Assembly (NCBI GenBank): GCA_944392595.1
Contig: CALXXD010000004.1
Coordinates: 33,040-97,039, forward strand
Source of the DNA: an uncultured Alphaproteobacteria bacterium
GTDB lineage: Bacteria; Pseudomonadota; Alphaproteobacteria; Rs-D84
DNA: 64,000 nucleotides
Reading direction: 5' to 3'
How positions within the stretch are numbered: position 1 is the stretch's first letter; the number at the start of each line of letters is the position of its first letter. A model generated the notes under the pieces. It saw nothing but the letters and a program-made list of their open reading frames with translations. It did not search any database and was not told the DNA's origin. This document shows positions 20,807 to 30,240 of this stretch, piece by piece. Both the position numbers and the translations under genes were made by a program.

Positions 20807-21471
20807 AAAGATTCTCCCCCCCCCCCCAACAAACCGCCGTTTGTCATTTGAATCCGCACGCGTCGCCAAAAAAATTAAAACCGCCGCATTTGCGACGGTT
20901 TGAATTTTCTGGTCGGGATTGTTTTATCAACGGTATTCTGCATCCATTACAAATCCCTGATACACACGAAATTTCAGGGAATCCATCTCAAAAACCGCCA
21001 TTTTCCGCCATAAAAACACACCCTTGCCTAAAATTAACAGGGAATAATTTGATAAAAACAAGGAACGACCCAACAACATCAAGGAAACACAACGAAAAAA
21101 TCTTGCAAAATCAATGCACTTTGCTAGATCATCATCAACAAAGCACCATATTATTTATAATAGCAACACTTATCGCACCATTATTTTTTAACCACACAAA
21201 ACCAAATTTTACTCCAAAAAAAGCAATATTTTTACACAATTTTACAAAAATAGAGCATCGCTTTTTAGCGACGCTGTTTTATTAAAATCTAAGCGCTTTC
21301 AGCATACTATATGTAAAATTCTTATACATAGTTCTGGCGCACTTTTCACATCGAACTACCGATTGATTGCTGCAACAAGCACTTACATAAGATTGCAAAA
21401 CAAAAACATTGTTGAAAATGCGCGTTTTAGTGCTAGTATATCAGTATATAATCCAACAAAAAATAAAAAAC

Positions 21472-22629
21472 ATGCTGTTACGTAATAATTTATTTAATTT
21501 TGATAGACCACAAAATTTTGATACAATGCCTGTATCAAAGCTCATGAAGGGGCTTGTTTTCGATTTTGATGACATGTATATTCCATTTTTTACACCGATT
21601 GGTACCTCTATGCTAAATAATGTAGAAAACGTTTTTAGAACCAATTTAGAACAAGTCAATTCATATGAAATACAAATACCATTGATTATGAGCAACGCTT
21701 CTTTGCAAACAGGACAAGAAGTAGGTTCTCTGTTCGAAAGAAAAATTATGCGGCTATCTGGCAAAATGTCTGAATACCATCTTATGACGTCTCCGGAAAT
21801 GGTGTTTATTAATCTTTTTGCCAAAAATGGCATCGATTCGAATTCCATGCCTATAAAATATCATTATATATCTAATATTTTTCGTGATATGCCGGATCCT
21901 AAGCACATATTACGAACAAAACAAATACGCATAATTGGCGGGGTGGCTTTTGATAAAAACGCACAAACACGCCAATTAACCGAAAATCAACTGACAGAAG
22001 CATTACGCAAATCTTTGGTAGATTTTAAAATCCCTTTCCATACAGAACGTTTCGCTAATGGTGCATCAAGTGAATTTTTTTATCTAAACTCCAAGGAAAA
22101 TGAAACTTATATGATTCCAAGTCTTGATCCAAACAATAGAACAAAATCTATCAGTCTTGGTATGATTTACGATTATAGTGCAGAATGTCCAAACGATTTT
22201 TTACACATAGACCCTCTTACAAAGCTTGCTTCTAAAACATTTGTTACCTCATATGCTTTTGGACTTCAGAGAGTATTGTATGTTATTATGGATCATTATA
22301 GAGACAACAAAGGCTTTAATTTACCTGCTAATATTCGCCCCTACGACGTTGTTTTTATTTCAAGCAAAGAAAATATGGAACTTGTCAAAAAAATGACATC
22401 TGACTTATCCAATGCGGGCATAACGACATGCATTGACAATATATTTGGTCGGGCACATACAAAGCGTATGGACAATGCGGACTATATCGGTGCCGGCATA
22501 AAAACCGTTATACGAAATAATACTTTATCTGCTTTTGACAGATCAGGAAATTTGCACATCAAAACATCCGACCCCCAAGAAGTCATAAATACAATTATTG
22601 GAATGATAAAACAACAGAGAATAAAATGA
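21472..22629 (+). CDS. Divergent prolyl-tRNA synthetase-like paralog (class II catalytic core + anticodon-binding domain, no editing domain)
   Basis: Motif 1 (PIG..ML..VE..FR..L....YEIQIP), motif 2 (FRD...ILRTKQI), motif 3 (SYAFGLQR..GFNLPANIRPYDV) and the anticodon-binding domain ADYIG. Confidence 0.8.
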   Translation: MLLRNNLFNFDRPQNFDTMPVSKLMKGLVFDFDDMYIPFFTPIGTSMLNNVENVFRTNLEQVNSYEIQIPLIMSNASLQTGQEVGSLFERKIMRLSGKMSEYHLMTSPEMVFINLFAKNGIDSNSMPIKYHYISNIFRDMPDPKHILRTKQIRIIGGVAFDKNAQTRQLTENQLTEALRKSLVDFKIPFHTERFANGASSEFFYLNSKENETYMIPSLDPNNRTKSISLGMIYDYSAECPNDFLHIDPLTKLASKTFVTSYAFGLQRVLYVIMDHYRDNKGFNLPANIRPYDVVFISSKENMELVKKMTSDLSNAGITTCIDNIFGRAHTKRMDNADYIGAGIKTVIRNNTLSAFDRSGNLHIKTSDPQEVINTIIGMIKQQRIK

Positions 22630-23870
22630 ATATCCCCGAAAGACTTTCAAAATATATAGTCAGCATAGAACCATATAAAGCGGCATGGCATGATATGGAA
22701 CTTGGCTTTGTAGATATACGTAAATTATTAAATCTATCTGATGATCAGCTTGAAGTTATTGAAAAACACGGGCTATTTAAAGACAACAAAAAAAGAACTT
22801 GCAGATATATAACAAACAGATCCACACCGCTTACCGTGGACGAGGTTATTGCATTGGTAACAGGCAATTTTATAGAACACAAGAATAAACGCCACAACAG
22901 AAATACAAATTATGAGATTAATTGGAAAGTTGTCTATGAACGCAGACTGTTAGAGGATTTTTCGGTACCTGCACTACCTGTCGTACCTCTTGACAAAGTG
23001 CAGCACCTGCCCCCATATCACAAACATTTTCCAATTCACTTGATTCAACGTTTATCAGAAATGCCAAGCGTACAGTATAACAATATCTTTGAGAGAAAAC
23101 TTATTTGGAATCCATATTTAAACACCGAAAGATTTGGACATGACTGGGTAAAAAACAAAGAATTTGTTCATAATCCAAAAAAAATAAACGTTCATAAAAG
23201 TTGCTTTGGTTACAACAAAGAAACGAAACGTACAGAACGCTTCATGGACTCTGCTTTGGGATACGATTTTTGGAATCAGGTTTTTTGGTTAGCGCGCTTA
23301 TCTCCTGAAAAATGGCGTAAAATAGAACGATATAACTTATTAATGTTTTCTGCTTATGATATGTCTTGTTATATGAATCTAGATGACAAAACACTAGAAA
23401 AACTTGTGCGCAAGGCCATGTTCAGACACGTTCACTATGCTTTTTCTCGAAACGTTTGGAACGTTACTTTAAGACTGGATATTCTGGACGATTTAGCCAT
23501 CAGAAAATATGGGAAACTGTTTGAAGATATACAGCACTATAAAAAAGCACAAGAGTTAAAACAACAAGCCATGCACATATCGTTAGGATGGGGCAATAAT
23601 TCTGAAGAGCATGTAAAAAATGAATTGGCGCCAACCATGATACCCAAATCCACATGTATAGAAATCCTGTCAAAATATGGTATTAATTGGACGGAAACCA
23701 TATCTGAACTATCATTAAAAAAACAATATTGGAAAGTTAGCGCAAAACTTCACCCAGATAAAGCAAAGCCATCAAATGCAACAGAACAAGAAGCAAAATT
23801 CAAAGAGCTGACCTTGGCTGTTAACACACTAAGAAAATACATGTCTATGAACAACACTAAAAGAAGATAA
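22626..23870 (+). CDS. Hypothetical protein with a C-terminal J (DnaJ) domain
   Basis: LKKQYWKVSAKLHPDK...EAKFKELTLAVNTL; ATGA overlap with the ProRS-like gene. Confidence 0.75.
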   Translation: MNIPERLSKYIVSIEPYKAAWHDMELGFVDIRKLLNLSDDQLEVIEKHGLFKDNKKRTCRYITNRSTPLTVDEVIALVTGNFIEHKNKRHNRNTNYEINWKVVYERRLLEDFSVPALPVVPLDKVQHLPPYHKHFPIHLIQRLSEMPSVQYNNIFERKLIWNPYLNTERFGHDWVKNKEFVHNPKKINVHKSCFGYNKETKRTERFMDSALGYDFWNQVFWLARLSPEKWRKIERYNLLMFSAYDMSCYMNLDDKTLEKLVRKAMFRHVHYAFSRNVWNVTLRLDILDDLAIRKYGKLFEDIQHYKKAQELKQQAMHISLGWGNNSEEHVKNELAPTMIPKSTCIEILSKYGINWTETISELSLKKQYWKVSAKLHPDKAKPSNATEQEAKFKELTLAVNTLRKYMSMNNTKRR

Positions 23871-23884
23871 AAGCCCCACTCATT

Positions 23885-24454
23885 TCAAACAACTGTTTCT
23901 ATGTACAAATCCTGATGTGTCGTTCTTTCTGGATGCCACATTATACATTTTATAAGTCCATCATTTGACGACACAGCTTCAATCACCCCCTCATATACCG
24001 CATCTATTTTTAGCCCCTCGCCCAATTTATCAACCGCATAACCATGATATGAATTTACTATCAATCCCAAATTATTTATCTTTATGAAATGATTAACCCT
24101 GACATGACCATCAACCTTTTTGAGCGTGCCACCAAAATACTCGTTTACCACTTGCATTCCCCGACATATCGCCAAGACCGGTATTTTATTTTTGATAGCA
24201 TAATCCAACAAGGACTTTTCAAAAACATCTCTTAAATGATTACTATCACTACTTTCTACTGAATTCAAACTATTTCCACCCGACAGAATTAACAGTCCAA
24301 AGTCAAACTCCTGGGGTCGTTGCTTATATGATATTGGCATTATTCTAATACCATATCTAGCAGCAAAATCATACCAGGCAGAATCTAATGATTCTCTAAT
24401 TTCGTTACGTTGTTCATCCTTGGTTATAATTTGAGTTATTATAGCTGTTTTCAT
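23885..24454 (-). CDS. Class I glutamine amidotransferase / peptidase C26, resembling gamma-glutamyl-CDP-amidate hydrolase (Cj1417-type)
   Basis: ITQ...E.RESL...W, LILSGGN, RD.FE, AICRGMQ, NSYH and MWHPER motifs. Confidence 0.82.
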   Translation of the reverse strand: MKTAIITQIITKDEQRNEIRESLDSAWYDFAARYGIRIMPISYKQRPQEFDFGLLILSGGNSLNSVESSDSNHLRDVFEKSLLDYAIKNKIPVLAICRGMQVVNEYFGGTLKKVDGHVRVNHFIKINNLGLIVNSYHGYAVDKLGEGLKIDAVYEGVIEAVSSNDGLIKCIMWHPERTTHQDLYIETVV

Positions 24455-24491
24455 GTTATTACCCTTAACGTCTTGTTTAATGCGTCTATTT

Positions 24492-25217
24492 CTATTGTGT
24501 TTGCATTATCTGTCGAACACCGAAATAAGTTCCTATGCTTTCTATGATAGGTGCATATGTTGGTGTAAAAACAACCCAATCTTTTTGTACATTCGTAGTT
24601 TTTTTTATAAACGACAGTATCGCATCTAATCCATGAGTTCCCCCCATTACAACGGCTACATTGTTGTAATTTATAAATCCAGCATCCCAGCGTTTTCTTT
24701 CTTGTTCTGCAATAAAAACACGCGTATCAATATATCCTAATGAATCTGAATACCCAAACCAGTTATGTTTATTTGCAACATCTATCGCAACATTAACAAT
24801 CGCAGGAGGTGAAAAATATTGCGGATCGTCCACCCCGCGACTTAAAAATAGGATATCATCATTATATAAGCTGCCATATGTGTCATAACGAAAAAAACAA
24901 TCAAATACTTCTTTTTTATTTGCTTCTGGAATGTTATTAAAATTTTGAATTGATATATTTTTTCGCCATTTTTCTGTCTCTTTAGATAAGATTTTTTTTA
25001 GACCTATACTTTCAAATTTTTTATCTGATTTGCCACTCAATACCATCTTGTCCCGACATTTTAAGCTAGGGCGTTTTATAGCAATGATGTCGTTCAACCT
25101 ACTTAACGATTTATCAATCGCGCTTTTTATAAAACGATCTCCGCTATAGGAGTCGTCTAACACTGACCTTAATGCCTTGTATTCTTTTTTTAACAAAACA
25201 GCTTTCCGTAACAACAT
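24492..25217 (-). pseudogene. Truncated PLP-dependent aminotransferase class I/II
   Basis: LSRG.DD, GYSDSLG, VAVVMGGTHGL and PTYA are present, but the ORF stops before the PLP-binding Asp/Lys region. Confidence 0.65.
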
Positions 25218-25218
25218 A

Positions 25219-26271
25219 CTACATTACTGCGTTTTCCAATATGGAAAATGTTTTATTGTCAACATCTATCTTTGCCATTGTACCATATGGTATCAAAAAC
25301 ATTGGATCCGTATGACCAAAATCAAGATTTGAAACAATTGGTATGTCTAGATTATTTTCTGTTTTTACAACTTGCAAGACCGCATCCGCATACTTATCCA
25401 GCTCGTCTACCGACACGTTTGCGGGCCGCCCAATAACGATACCATTAAGACGCTCTAAAACGCCAGTAGCCGCATAGTTTCTCATCCATCTAACGACATA
25501 ATCAGCAGGAGGAGCTTCTTCACATGTTTCTATAAAAAATATTGCACCATCATACGTATCTAAGGAAGGCCACACTTTCGTTCCTTTTAACATCTCCATT
25601 ACTTCCAGGCTACCACCAATTAAACGACCTGTAACAGTTCCTTGACCATTGATAAACTTGAAACCTTGCGATTCTTTTATTTGTCTTTTTACACTCTGAT
25701 TTGCAGGATCTTTCCACGGCAATTCTTCATCTGTCCAACCATTCATATTAGGCTTAATTTCACCTATTTCAAAGGTAGAAAACAAAGTCTTGTATACAGA
25801 ATCTTTAAAATAATCGAACATGCCCCCATTTTCTGAAAATCCACCACACATCATGCAGGGTCCATAAAAAGGCTGAACACCTGCCGACAAAAACGCATAG
25901 TGCAAAACGGTATTGTCGGAATAACCTAATAGTATTTTTGGATTATTGCGTATTAGATCAAAATCTATATACGGCAACATTCTGATAGAATCGTCACCCC
26001 CTATCATGGGAATAATCGCTTTTACATCTTTATTAGTTAACGCCCAATGCAAATCATCAACACGTTTTTTGGGGTTGTAAAAATTTTCTTCCGCGCTTAT
26101 TAACGTATTTGGCGCTTCAACAACTTTTAAGCCAAACTCTTCTTCCAACTGTTTCTTGCCTGCCAAATAACGTTCTGGATATACAGAAGCCCCCGCCCAT
26201 GAAGGAGAGATTACAGCAACAGTATCTCCAGGTTCCAATTTTGTGGGTTTTATTAAGTCTGATAGTATCAT
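25219..26271 (-). CDS. S66 family peptidase (MccF/LD-carboxypeptidase-like)
   Basis: GDTVAVISPS, IGGDDS, LGYSDNT (catalytic Ser), GRLIGG, FIETCEE (Glu) and DFGHTDP (His). Confidence 0.93.
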   Translation of the reverse strand: MILSDLIKPTKLEPGDTVAVISPSWAGASVYPERYLAGKKQLEEEFGLKVVEAPNTLISAEENFYNPKKRVDDLHWALTNKDVKAIIPMIGGDDSIRMLPYIDFDLIRNNPKILLGYSDNTVLHYAFLSAGVQPFYGPCMMCGGFSENGGMFDYFKDSVYKTLFSTFEIGEIKPNMNGWTDEELPWKDPANQSVKRQIKESQGFKFINGQGTVTGRLIGGSLEVMEMLKGTKVWPSLDTYDGAIFFIETCEEAPPADYVVRWMRNYAATGVLERLNGIVIGRPANVSVDELDKYADAVLQVVKTENNLDIPIVSNLDFGHTDPMFLIPYGTMAKIDVDNKTFSILENAVM

Positions 26272-26477
26272 TACAACCCCCTTACATAGGATTTAATTTT
26301 GATAAAACCTTTTTATCAATGCACTCACTTTACAATAAAAAAGCAGATCACTTCAAGAAAAAACGGACTTATTCAAATAAAGTACTTATCGCCTACACAC
26401 ACAAATTTCATTTCCAATCTTGAAATAATCACTCAAAATCCGCCAAATATAAATCAAATGGCCGCAATATAAAGTAG

Positions 26478-27248
26478 CTACATCTGAGATTTAAGCACAC
26501 TACCACAACATTTTTTATACTTCTTGCCACTACCACATGGACATTTTTCATTAACGCCTATCTTTCTTGGTTTGTCTGAGTCCGGCCACTCCCTATCAAA
26601 CAAATGATTCCAATCACTAATTTTTTGTCTAAACACACCCTGCTTTATTCTTTCAGAATTCCAATATTCCTGCTCTGTTTGCGGCCAATCTTTAAATTCT
26701 GCATAAACCATATCTGTACCCGAAACGCGTCTATGTTTAGGTGGCTCAATAGCAATTCCAACTATTTTATCAATATGCACATTTTCTTCCGTGCATTTAG
26801 CTTTCGCAAAATGAGCATAACACTCCAACATATTTCTTCTAGCATCTATATAATCCTGAAAATCACTAAATCTTATACTATCAACTTGCAAGAAAATATA
26901 TAACAACCCCTGAGTTACACGTGACATAAAAGCCGTCATACGTATTTGATCCTGTTCGCACCTATCTATAGCACCTAACATAGCATTAGAAAATATACGC
27001 CTAGAAAGTCGGTCCTCCATCGCCATATACCGCAATAATACATCTTTATCACTCGGTTGTGATTGATAAACTATCTCCGTAATACCGTTCAAAACACAAT
27101 ACGAAATATCTCGTAATAACTCATCCCAAAAATAACTTTGTCTATCGGCAGCGATTTTAGACAAATAATCTCGACCTTGATTCAACGCCCCCCAATCTTC
27201 TTCTAAAAACAAACAACCATCGCAATTTTTTTCATCTTCGGATAACAA
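26478..27248 (-). pseudogene. C-terminal fragment of a SEC-C motif protein
   Basis: Ends KIGVNEKCPCGSGKKYKKCC. The 5' end has only a TTG inside the 62 bp repeat and no SD, suggesting truncation. Confidence 0.65.
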
Positions 27249-27303
27249 AAAAACATGTTAAAATCTATTTATTTTCACCACACAAAATCGACTAAAACAC
27301 ATA
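27242..27303. repeat. 62 bp perfect direct repeat, copy 2
   Basis: Identical to 17117-17178. Confidence 0.95.
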
Positions 27304-27334
27304 CGGCGCGCAATAAAAAACAGGATTTTTATTC

Positions 27335-28213
27335 TTACTGTGGTAAAGACAAACACAATTTCAATTTTTTTATGTTGTTATCTGGCGATTTATGATTTTG
27401 TAAATCTTCTTGTATATTACACATCATGTTTATAACAGATTGAAACTGTTGCCGTATCGGTAAAAATTGGTCTCCATTATCACCGTATCCTGTTAAGATA
27501 TCCTTTGCACCAGTTCCATAATAATAATGCATATCACGAGCAGGTTCCGCATAATGCGCGGCCCCGAAATCAATCAATCCAGTTATTCTTTTTGATTCAC
27601 AATCAAATATCATATTTCCAAAATGTAAATCGCAATGCACAAAAACAGGTGTCGCGGGATATTCAGATGAGATTTGTTTATATTTCTCAGCTAAATTATC
27701 AGCACTATTTATAATATCTTTTGGCAATGCTTTTCTAACATTGAAATCACAATATTTATTAAAAGCATCTAAATTATCAATATATGTTTCAACGTTCCTG
27801 TTAAGCCATACATAATCAGATGGTGCACAATCATGCAGATTGCGCATAATTCTGCCTATTTGCTGCAATATATCAGACTTAGTCTTTTCATCAAAAGAAT
27901 CATGCAATTCTTGAGTATATGTTATACCGTTAAGGAAACTTTCACCAATGATATATTTACCATCAATGCTATTGCCACTGTATAATATTTCAGGTATACG
28001 AACACACAATTTATTGGCTAAATGTTGTAAAATCTTTACTTCTTTATCTTGGTCGTTCATATATTCGTCTTCAAGTTTTGGAATTTTAAAAACAATTTTA
28101 TCATTAACTAAACACGCATAGGCATACTTGCCATCACCCAGAATCGAAAAATTATTTATAGATAGTCCTGGGAAAGTAGTTTGAATAATATTTTTTAACT
28201 GTTTTATGTCCAT
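27335..28213 (-). CDS. Aminoglycoside phosphotransferase family kinase (APH(2'')-like)
   Basis: LGDG...LVNDKIVFKIPK, HCDLHFGN and GLIDFG motifs; TTGACT-16-TATAAT lies 7 nt before ATG 28213. Confidence 0.88.
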   Translation of the reverse strand: MDIKQLKNIIQTTFPGLSINNFSILGDGKYAYACLVNDKIVFKIPKLEDEYMNDQDKEVKILQHLANKLCVRIPEILYSGNSIDGKYIIGESFLNGITYTQELHDSFDEKTKSDILQQIGRIMRNLHDCAPSDYVWLNRNVETYIDNLDAFNKYCDFNVRKALPKDIINSADNLAEKYKQISSEYPATPVFVHCDLHFGNMIFDCESKRITGLIDFGAAHYAEPARDMHYYYGTGAKDILTGYGDNGDQFLPIRQQFQSVINMMCNIQEDLQNHKSPDNNIKKLKLCLSLPQ

Positions 28214-28392
28214 ATCGGTTATTATATATGGTGCCAACAAAGAGTCAAACAAAACATCACCAGACAATAATCATCTGAACGGAGAATTACACAGTCATAA
28301 GATAATATCTGAAATTTGGGTGGATTTGGCGTTCTTAAAATCACATGCATTTTTGAATATAAAATCCCGCGTTTTCGGCGCTATACACGATT

Positions 28393-28416
28393 AAAGCCGT
28401 GGATAACCACGGCTTT
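28393..28416 (-). terminator. Terminator downstream of tRNA-Pro
   Basis: aaagccgtgg-ataa-ccacggcttt hairpin. Confidence 0.75.
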
Positions 28417-28425
28417 CCTTATTTC

Positions 28426-28502
28426 TGGTCGGGGCGAAAGGATTCGAACCTTCGACACCTTGGTCCCAAACCAAGTACTCTACCAGACTGAGCTACGCCC
28501 CG
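28426..28502 (-). tRNA. tRNA-Pro(TGG)
   Basis: Reverse complement CGGGGCGTAGCTCAGTCTGGTAGAGTACTTGGTTTGGGACCAAGGTGTCGAAGGTTCGAATCCTTTCGCCCCGACCA; anticodon TGG. Confidence 0.97.
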
Positions 28503-28581
28503 AAACAGGGGGAATTATATCAAGATTTTTAATAATTGCAAATTTTTCTTGTCTGATTGACGTAAAATTTTTACAATATAA

Positions 28582-29637
28582 ATGATGTATATAAAAACTG
28601 GGATTTTTGCAGTGTTTTTTGCATTATTGCCGTTATGTTCCACAATGGCGGCAACGTCGCGCGCGTCTGATTATGTCAGTGCGAACACATACAACAATCT
28701 GTATCCATACATGAATAACACCATGCGCACCCAATTAAACCCGGGCGTCACACCATCAAATTCGAATGCACAAATTAACGTTTTGGCACGCACCAAATTG
28801 AACGGCACGGCCGCGACACGCAACGTTGTGCCACGTCGTGCAACAACCACGACATCAGCCCGCAGCGCAACAACGGGTACATCCACGGCACGCTCTGCGA
28901 CATCTGCGCGCGCGGCAACCGCAACCCGTAATGTATCTGCGCGCCGCGCAACATCGGGCACATCGACTGCGCGTGCGGCCACGCCAACGTCTTCATCCAC
29001 GCGTCGTGTCGTCGCACGCAGTGGAACGGGCACAACCGCAATGCGCACCGGCCAAAGGACGACCCGTGGCAATGGCACATCAAATGTATCAACCGCACGC
29101 CAAACCAGCACCGGCGCGACATACGTAACTGACTCGGAACCAGTAACATCATCGCGTTGCATGGCCGACTATGTTGAATGCATGGACAGTTATTGCGAAC
29201 GTGCAGACACAGAATACAATCGTTGCTATTGCAGTTCGAAACTGGCGCAAATTAATGCCAAGCACAAGCCCGAGATTGACCGATTAATCAAAGAAATCCT
29301 GACGGCCCAGGGCAAAAACCAATGGACCCAGGACGAAATGGATGAATATTGGGAAGATGTTGTAAATCAATACACAGGCACAAATTCATGGGCTAATTTA
29401 GAAGAGGCGCTGGATATAGATTGGGCCAGCACGGAAAGCACTGTCCGCGGCCAGCAGGCATTCGCCATGGGGCACCAATATTGTTCCCAGCACCTGCGCG
29501 GATGCGCGTACATGCAAAACAATCTGCGCGACGCATACAGGTCTGAAATTGCGCGTGATTGCGCGGCATACGAATCATCGTTACAAATCTTGGAAAACGT
29601 TGCCGAAAGTGTTGCCCAGGCATACAAAAACAAATAA
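28582..29637 (+). CDS. Secreted protein with a Thr/Ala/Arg low-complexity linker and a Cys-rich C-terminal domain
   Basis: Signal peptide; ARSAT/TARA repeats; C...Y..CMD.YC........RCYCS. Confidence 0.75.
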   Translation: MMYIKTGIFAVFFALLPLCSTMAATSRASDYVSANTYNNLYPYMNNTMRTQLNPGVTPSNSNAQINVLARTKLNGTAATRNVVPRRATTTTSARSATTGTSTARSATSARAATATRNVSARRATSGTSTARAATPTSSSTRRVVARSGTGTTAMRTGQRTTRGNGTSNVSTARQTSTGATYVTDSEPVTSSRCMADYVECMDSYCERADTEYNRCYCSSKLAQINAKHKPEIDRLIKEILTAQGKNQWTQDEMDEYWEDVVNQYTGTNSWANLEEALDIDWASTESTVRGQQAFAMGHQYCSQHLRGCAYMQNNLRDAYRSEIARDCAAYESSLQILENVAESVAQAYKNK

Positions 29638-29640
29638 AAT

Positions 29641-29844
29641 TTATCTACGTTTTTCTGCCCTTTGATTGGAACACATTAAATTATGTCGATATATGTTGCG
29701 CGCCAAATCGTCGCTGATTACGTTCCAGTCGCTTGCCCGTCCATAAATCGGGACGCATGGCACACAAGCATTATTCTGCAATTGTGTACTCCGTGCGCAG
29801 GATGCGACGAATATCGCGCACCCCAGTATTAAAAACTTTTTCAT
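29641..29844 (-). CDS. Small lipoprotein, o-spanin (Rz1)-like
   Basis: Lipobox VASC; C..C.PIY....D...ISDDLARNIYRHN..C; overlaps the 3' end of the upstream gene in another frame. Confidence 0.6.
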   Translation of the reverse strand: MKKFLILGCAIFVASCARSTQLQNNACVPCVPIYGRASDWNVISDDLARNIYRHNLMCSNQRAEKRR

Positions 29845-30001
29845 TTACATTCACCATATTTTCAAGATTAACGGATTGTTGTTCTGCGCGAATTTCTGCA
29901 ATTTGTGTGGCACATTTTTGTGATGCCACGCGCCCGCCCGCCCAATATGCTCCGGTGCATACCCCGGCACACATTGCCGCAATAACAAAGTATTTTTTCA
30001 T
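29771..30001 (-). CDS. Small membrane-anchored coiled-coil protein, i-spanin (Rz)-like
   Basis: N-terminal TM helix (GAYWAGG) then a helical periplasmic part; GGAGG SD before ATG 30001. Confidence 0.55.
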   Translation of the reverse strand: MKKYFVIAAMCAGVCTGAYWAGGRVASQKCATQIAEIRAEQQSVNLENMVNVNEKVFNTGVRDIRRILRTEYTIAE

Positions 30002-30240
30002 ACGCCCTCCCCCATAAAAACAAAAAACGGGATTAACACGCACCCGTAACGTTATTTGTTATTTAAGATTATTCACATGACGATCATTTTTTCTAACCTC
30101 GGCGTCAATCATCTCGGTTATCGTCGCCGCACTTAAATTGGTCGATACCAATGATAACACCCCGTAATAAATCACACACACGCCAATCTATAAAAAAATC
30201 CCGCCTTGCGGCGGGAGAGGCATCACAACCCGTTAAAAAT

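Larger units (their letters stand above)
14376..28425. mobile_element. AT-rich genomic island adjacent to the tRNA-Pro 3' end, made of tandem cassettes; no integrase in the window
   Basis: Lower GC; tRNA-Pro 3' fragments at 20647-20656 and 20906-20917; repeated ends 20536-20630 / 28294-28381 and 17117-17178 / 27242-27303; truncated genes. The left boundary is approximate. Confidence 0.75.

Noticed and set aside
20816-20827. Poly-C(12) tract as a phase-variation switch
   Set aside because: Not within a credible CDS or promoter
20518-21285. ORFs 20518..20859, 20585..20869 and 20848..21285
   Set aside because: They overlap repeat family A, att fragments and element-end motifs, so are likely spurious
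14376-28425. Integron cassette array or intact prophage
   Set aside because: No integrase, no recognisable attC pattern, mixed gene orientation and no phage structural genes
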